From: a virus
Taxonomy: Duplodnaviria > Caudoviricetes
Direction: 5' to 3' (one strand)
IMG/VR virus record: IMGVR_UViG_3300027764_000014
Span: 1 to 35,691 of that record
DNA: 35,691 nt
Below are positions 35,477-35,691 of the stretch, in pieces. The notes beneath the pieces were generated by a model. The model was given only the letters and a program-made list of their open reading frames with translations. It had not been told where the DNA came from and searched no databases. Every line of letters starts with the position of its first letter. The first letter of the stretch is position 1. The position numbers were made by a program, and so were the translations under genes.

Positions 35477-35691
35477 ATGGCTAATTTAAAAAATACAACT
35501 ATTAATGATACAGGGTATTTAACTTTGCCTGTTGGTACTACTGCACAAAGACCTACTGTGGCTAATGGTCAAACAAGATATAATTCATCTCTTGGTTTGA
35601 TGGAATACTATAATGGTACTGCTTGGGTTCAAACTGCTCAAATTAGAGATGGTTCAAATAATTCAAATAGGAGCATTTTAAGTCTTACTGA
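35477..35691 (+). CDS. RBP paralog, 3'-truncated by window end
   Basis: MANLKNTTINDTGYLTLPVGTTAQRP...QIRDGSNNSNRSILSLT. Confidence 0.8.
   Translation, partial: MANLKNTTINDTGYLTLPVGTTAQRPTVANGQTRYNSSLGLMEYYNGTAWVQTAQIRDGSNNSNRSILSLT
35606..35691 (+). repeat. Imperfect terminal repeat of bases 1-86
   Basis: 79/86 identical; last 28 nt identical. Confidence 0.9.

Noticed and set aside
34537-35691. Diversity-generating retroelement (TR/VR pair among RBP repeats)
   Set aside because: There is no reverse transcriptase. Differences are mostly third-position and not confined to sense-strand adenines; the T bias in one copy fits codon usage.
1-35691. Alternative genetic code or tRNA genes
   Set aside because: Genes are full-length and tightly packed under code 11 with TAA, TAG and TGA all used as stops; no cloverleaf was seen.

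Overview
Near-complete, circularly permuted genome (about 35.6 kb) of an AT-rich tailed phage with HK97-like siphovirus head and tail genes. A Bacteroidota host is inferred from TAnnTTTG/TTTG promoters and A/C-rich leaders without Shine-Dalgarno sequences. Layout: (+) 17561-35691 continuing into 1-5686 is the late operon (terminase, head, tail, fibres/RBPs, lysis, HNH, metallophosphoesterase). (-) 5880-14089 holds replication/recombination genes (DnaB, C5-MTase, RecE-like nuclease, SSB-like, RusA, RHH regulator). (-) 14741-16261 is an early cassette including an Ocr-like DNA mimic. A control region of about 1.3 kb lies at 16262-17560. No integrase, DNA polymerase, RT, tRNA or CRISPR was recognised. 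Three signals stand out. (1) Short non-coding segments ending in intrinsic terminators are complementary to the AUG-spanning translation-initiation regions of several phage genes, a candidate cascade of anti-initiation sRNAs. (2) Eight copies of a 23-bp palindrome resemble the Bacteroidota Fur box. (3) The HNH gene has captured the old endolysin 3' end. All protein calls are by-eye motif recognition; no searches were run.
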